Assembly: GCA_028274925.1 (NCBI GenBank)
Contig: JAQCNR010000459.1
Location: 1 to 40,243, forward strand
DNA: 40,243 nucleotides
Direction: 5' to 3'
Source of the DNA: Halovenus sp.
Lineage (GTDB): Archaea; Halobacteriota; Halobacteria; Halobacteriales; Haloarculaceae
The notes under the pieces were generated by a model, which did not search any database, had not been told where the DNA came from, and saw only the letters and a list, made by a program, of their open reading frames with translations. This document shows positions 36,206-40,243 of this stretch, in pieces. Both the position numbers and the translations under genes were made by a program. Positions within the stretch are counted from its first letter, which is position 1; each line of letters starts with the position of its first letter.

Positions 36206-36260
36206 ACGAGCATAAGGGTCCGCCCAACCTTAAAATTCTTACATCTGTTTACGACTCAGT

Positions 36261-36851
36261 ATGGATGACCCCAACCGTCTCCCGGGCAGTCGCGACGTTC
36301 GGACAACACTCGACGGCCCGGAGACGGACCGAGTAGTCGTCGCTTGCCCGCCACATCCGCAGTTCGGCGGTGACCGCTACGACAGCCGTCTGCGCGCCGT
36401 CAGTGACGCGCTAGCCGAGCGTGATATCGCCTGCCTGCGCATCGATTACGGTCCGTTCGACGACGGCCGAGCAGAACAGACCGACGCACTCGCGGCGGTC
36501 GAGTGGGCAAGCGAGCGCTGTGAGACGGTCGGGCTGTTTGGCTACAGTTTCGGCGGTGCTGTTGCGCTGGCGGCCGCGACAGGCACTGACGAGCTACGCG
36601 CTGTCTCGGCGCTCGCACCGGCCGCAAGCAGTGTCGAGGGCTTCGACCCTGCAGAGTTGAACGCCATCGACTGCCCGGCACAGGTTGTCTATGGCGAACG
36701 GGACGACACCGCAGACTGGCAGTCGGTCGTCCAGCAAGCCGAACCCCTCGGCTGGCGTGTCGATTCACTGCCGGCCGACCACTTCTTTGTCGGCCAGCAG
36801 AGCCGTGTCGCTGAGTTGGTCGCTGACTTTCTCGCAGACAATTTCGACTAG
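36261..36851 (+). CDS. Alpha/beta hydrolase
   Basis: PPHPQFGG, GYSFGG, GERDD and ADHFF (Ser-Asp-His). Confidence 0.9.
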   Translation: MDDPNRLPGSRDVRTTLDGPETDRVVVACPPHPQFGGDRYDSRLRAVSDALAERDIACLRIDYGPFDDGRAEQTDALAAVEWASERCETVGLFGYSFGGAVALAAATGTDELRAVSALAPAASSVEGFDPAELNAIDCPAQVVYGERDDTADWQSVVQQAEPLGWRVDSLPADHFFVGQQSRVAELVADFLADNFD

Positions 36852-36865
36852 TGGTCGCCGTCGCT

Positions 36866-37014
36866 GTTCGGCAGTCCTGTTCCATACTGCCGGACGTACG
36901 CCTCGCAAAGCGAGGCATTTCCACTGAACGCGAGCGAAGTGAGCGTTCAGCCTTTTTCACCCACGTTTTTTCGACGCGTGGTGTGCGAAGCACACCCAAG
37001 TCGAAAAAAGGTGG
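36866..37014. repeat. Four-hairpin palindromic intergenic element
   Basis: Stems at 36866-36895, 36900-36916, 36924-36950 and 36961-37014 (see findings). Confidence 0.8.
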
Positions 37015-37052
37015 TCCGAAAGGAATTTGAGCGTCCCAAGCACACGGTCAGT

Positions 37053-38684
37053 ATGCCGGAACCAGACACAGGATATGACCCGACGCTGGGTCGGAAGTTC
37101 ATTTTCGTGACAGGCGGGGTGATGTCCGGGCTTGGCAAGGGAATCACCGCCGCGAGTACAGGCCGACTGCTCGCAAACGCCGGGTTCGACGTGACCGCGG
37201 TCAAAATCGACCCGTATCTCAACGTCGACGCCGGAACGATGAACCCCTTCGAGCACGGGGAAGTGTACGTCCTCAAAGACGGCGGCGAAGTCGACCTGGA
37301 CCTGGGCAACTACGAGCGATTCCTCGATATCGATATGACCTTCGACCACAACGTCACCACCGGGAAGGTCTACCAGGACGTCATCGAGAAAGAACGCGCC
37401 GGTGACTATCTCGGGAAGACTGTCCAGATTATTCCTCACATCACCGACGGCATCAAACAGCGAGTCCGCGAGGCGGCCGTTGGCAGCGATGTCTGTATCG
37501 TCGAAGTCGGCGGCACCGTCGGCGACATCGAGGGGATGCCCTACCTCGAAGCCCTGCGTCAGTTCGCCCACGAGGAAGACGAGGAAGATATTCTCTTTAC
37601 TCACGTCACCCTCGTTCCGTACTCGAAAAACGGCGAGCAGAAGACCAAGCCAACCCAGCACAGCGTCAAGGAACTCCGAAGCATTGGCCTGCAGCCAGAT
37701 ATTCTCGTAGGGCGGTGTGAGGACAAACTCCACCCGGACGTCAAGGAGAAAATCGCGCTGTTCTGTGACGTGCCGACCAACGCCGTCTTCTCGAATCCCG
37801 ACGTCGAGGACATCTACCACGTCCCGCTGATGGTCGAGGACGAGGGCCTCGACGAGTACGTGATGGAGCATCTCGGACTCGCCGACGAAGCACTGCCGGA
37901 GGGCGAGCGCGACACCAAGTGGCGTGACCTCGTCACCCGCGATAAAGAAGGCACCGTCAAAATTGCCCTCGTCGGCAAATACGGGCTGGAGGACGCGTAC
38001 ATCTCCGTTCACGAGGCGCTGAAACACGCCGGTCTGGAGAAGCAGGTCAACGTCGAGCGCAAGTGGCTTCACGCCGAGGACCTCGCCGACGGCCACGACG
38101 GCAAACTCGACGACGTCGACGGAGTTGTCGTCCCCGGCGGCTTCGGGTCCCGCGGAACAGAGGGCAAAATCGAGGCGATTCGGTATGCTCGTGAGAACGA
38201 CGTTCCGTTCCTCGGGCTCTGCCTTGGCTTCCAGATGGCCGTCGTCGAGTACGCTCGGAACATCCTCGGACTGGAGGGTGCTCACTCCGCCGAACTCAAC
38301 GAAGAGACGCCACATCCTGTCATCGACCTTCTCCCAGAGCAGAAAGACCTCGACGACATGGGCGGAACGATGCGACTCGGTTCCTACGATACTGAACTCA
38401 AATCCGGAACGCTGGCCAACGACCTCTACGAGGGGGCGACGTGTACCGAGCGCCACCGCCACCGCTACGAGGTCAACCTCGACTATATCGACGACCTCGA
38501 AGACGCAGGACTTGTGTTCTCGGGGACCGCAGGACCACGTATGGAAATTCTCGAACTTCCCGACCACCCGTACTTCTTCGGGACGCAGTTCCACCCCGAG
38601 TTTCGCTCGCGCCCGACTCGTGCCAGCCCACCCTTCGTTGGGTTTCTCGATGCAATCACCTCACTGCAGGGGGGTGAGAACTGA
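37053..38684 (+). CDS. pyrG: CTP synthase
   Basis: [51 protein letters not shown] at 37053. Confidence 0.98.
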   Translation: MPEPDTGYDPTLGRKFIFVTGGVMSGLGKGITAASTGRLLANAGFDVTAVKIDPYLNVDAGTMNPFEHGEVYVLKDGGEVDLDLGNYERFLDIDMTFDHNVTTGKVYQDVIEKERAGDYLGKTVQIIPHITDGIKQRVREAAVGSDVCIVEVGGTVGDIEGMPYLEALRQFAHEEDEEDILFTHVTLVPYSKNGEQKTKPTQHSVKELRSIGLQPDILVGRCEDKLHPDVKEKIALFCDVPTNAVFSNPDVEDIYHVPLMVEDEGLDEYVMEHLGLADEALPEGERDTKWRDLVTRDKEGTVKIALVGKYGLEDAYISVHEALKHAGLEKQVNVERKWLHAEDLADGHDGKLDDVDGVVVPGGFGSRGTEGKIEAIRYARENDVPFLGLCLGFQMAVVEYARNILGLEGAHSAELNEETPHPVIDLLPEQKDLDDMGGTMRLGSYDTELKSGTLANDLYEGATCTERHRHRYEVNLDYIDDLEDAGLVFSGTAGPRMEILELPDHPYFFGTQFHPEFRSRPTRASPPFVGFLDAITSLQGGEN

Positions 38685-39601
38685 TGGTTGACGTTGACTC
38701 CTTTATCGAGGAGAAACTCGAGGAAATCGCCACCGAAGTCGGCGACGAAAACGCAGTCATTGCACTCTCCGGCGGTGTCGACTCCTCGACCGCTGCTGCA
38801 CTCGCCTACGAGGCAATCGGCGACCAACTCACGCCAGTCTACGTCGACACTGGTCTGATGCGCAAAGGCGAGACCGAGGAAATCAGGGAGACGTTCTCCT
38901 ACATGGACTCGCTGCGAATCATCGACGCCCAAGACCGATTCCTCGACGCGCTCTCGGGTATCACCGACCCCGAAGAGAAACGGCACGTTATCGGCGAGCA
39001 GTTCATCCGCGAGTTCGAGACGGTTGCCAACGACGTGGACGCGGACTATCTGGTGCAGGGAACCATCTATCCTGACCGCATCGAGAGTGAGGGAACCATC
39101 AAGTCCCACCACAACGTCGGCGGCCTCCCCGAACACATCGACTTCGAGGGAATCGTCGAACCGATGCGCGACCTCTACAAAGACGAGGTCCGCGAAGTTG
39201 CCCGCGAACTCGACCTAGAGGAAATCATCTCCGAGCGAATGCCGTTCCCCGGCCCCGGACTTGCCGTCCGCATCATCGGCGAGATTACCGAGGAGAAACT
39301 GGAAGTTGCTCGTGAGTCGAACCACGTCGTCGAAGAGGAACTCGAAGAGTACGACCCGTGGCAGGCGCTGGCGGCGGTCATCGGCAAGGCGACTGGTGTC
39401 AAGGGTGACAACCGTGTTCACGGCTGGGTTGTCTCGGTTCGCTCCGTGGAATCCCGCGATGGAATGACGGCTCGTGCGCAGGAAATTGACTGGGAGACAC
39501 TCCAGCGCATCCAGTCACGCATCACCGGCGAGAACGAAACTGTGGCCCGCGTCGTCTACGATGTGACGCACAAACCACCCGCGACAATCGAGTACGAGTA
39601 A
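38684..39601 (+). CDS. guaAb: GMP synthase, ATP pyrophosphatase subunit B
   Basis: [46 protein letters not shown]. No glutaminase domain. Confidence 0.95.
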   Translation: MVDVDSFIEEKLEEIATEVGDENAVIALSGGVDSSTAAALAYEAIGDQLTPVYVDTGLMRKGETEEIRETFSYMDSLRIIDAQDRFLDALSGITDPEEKRHVIGEQFIREFETVANDVDADYLVQGTIYPDRIESEGTIKSHHNVGGLPEHIDFEGIVEPMRDLYKDEVREVARELDLEEIISERMPFPGPGLAVRIIGEITEEKLEVARESNHVVEEELEEYDPWQALAAVIGKATGVKGDNRVHGWVVSVRSVESRDGMTARAQEIDWETLQRIQSRITGENETVARVVYDVTHKPPATIEYE

Positions 39602-39602
39602 G

Positions 39603-39914
39603 ATGCGTGTCATTGTCGCAGGCGAGGACCCAGAAGATATTGCCACCGCCATCGAGGCGGAGGACTTTGCAGTCGCTCGCGTCGACATCGCGAACCGCCC
39701 AGCGCTCGAAGAGGCGGGAATCGTCGACGCAACGGCGTACGTCCTCACCGAAATGGAGCAGGCAACCTCGATTTCGGTCGCGAAAGACCTCAATCCCGAC
39801 CTGCGGGTAGTCGTCTACGCCGAGGGCTCGCTGCCGGACTTTGCGCTGGCGCAGGCTGACCTCATTCTCGACCCCAACCTGTTCGAGCCCGAAGACGTCG
39901 CTGCAGAGCTGTAA
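39603..39914 (+). CDS. Small TrkA-N-like hypothetical protein in the pyrG-guaAb operon (DUF7126-like)
   Basis: LEEAGIVDA...VAKDLNPDLRVVVY...ADLILDP. Starts 1 bp after the guaAb stop. Confidence 0.75.
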   Translation: MRVIVAGEDPEDIATAIEAEDFAVARVDIANRPALEEAGIVDATAYVLTEMEQATSISVAKDLNPDLRVVVYAEGSLPDFALAQADLILDPNLFEPEDVAAEL

Positions 39915-40243
39915 TCACTTTCGGACGACGCTCACGGCGACGCCTTCTCCCGCAGGCAGCAACGCAGTATCGAGACGGTCGTGGTCGCGGACGTAGTTCA
40001 GATACTCCGCGATACCACGACTTGCCTCCGTTGCCGTTTCGACAGACTCGCCAGCCAGCAGTGCAACCACGTCGTCGCGGTCAACCACGCCAGCAGTGAT
40101 AGCGTTGTCTGCAAGAATCAGACTTCCCGGCCGCAGTTTCGACTCGACAGCCTGCAGGGCCGCTTTGTACCGCTGTTTTTCGTTGTCGATCAACACGATA
40201 TCGAAGGGGCCGTCGTAGCGTTCGACAATCTCGATTGCGTCGC
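39915..40243 (-). CDS. O-methyltransferase, 3' part
   Basis: DAIEIVERYDGPFDIVLIDNEKQRY...LRPGSLILADN...LLPAGEGV. Enters from the window edge. Confidence 0.85.
   Translation of the reverse strand, partial: DAIEIVERYDGPFDIVLIDNEKQRYKAALQAVESKLRPGSLILADNAITAGVVDRDDVVALLAGESVETATEASRGIAEYLNYVRDHDRLDTALLPAGEGVAVSVVRK

Noticed and set aside
36957-38594. 545-aa ORF antisense to pyrG, and similar long antisense ORFs over thrC, uvrA and the 9505 gene
   Set aside because: Expected stop-poor reverse frames in high-GC genes; the sense genes are unambiguous.
1-40243. CRISPR array, rRNA, transposase, integrase or recognisable defence operon
   Set aside because: No regularly spaced repeats or matching protein motifs seen anywhere in the window.

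Overview
Core-chromosome segment of a halophilic archaeon (Halobacteria), judged from high GC, very acidic proteins, mostly leaderless genes with TATA boxes about 25-30 bp before ATG, and the presence of radA, a SAMP1-type modifier and PitA. It holds about 45 genes. Housekeeping and metabolism: bdhA plus a patatin-like PHA depolymerase, CoA-disulfide reductase-like flavoprotein, gpmI, thrC, pckA, pyrG-guaAb. Repair: radA, uvrA, a NucS-N/zinc-ribbon protein. Stress and ion homeostasis: three USPs, CBS, PiT, two Fluc/CrcB, two TrkA-C membrane proteins, PspA. I saw no rRNA, tRNA, CRISPR array, transposase or integrase. The strongest non-routine signals are: (1) a 1.2-kb DUF6516/HTH toxin-antitoxin-like islet between two diverged copies of the promoter plus first 37 codons of the NucS-N/zinc-ribbon gene; (2) a 103-bp multi-hairpin segment with 11-bp terminal inverted repeats lying in frame inside gpmI, plus a four-hairpin element of similar style before pyrG; (3) three tiny unannotated ORFs that carry a Shine-Dalgarno-like motif and end on or next to the start codon of a downstream gene; (4) a stand-alone protein resembling the lantibiotic dehydratase elimination domain; (5) a TrkA-C membrane protein with a very long acidic tail containing a duplicated motif. 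All family assignments come from motif recognition by eye, not database searches.
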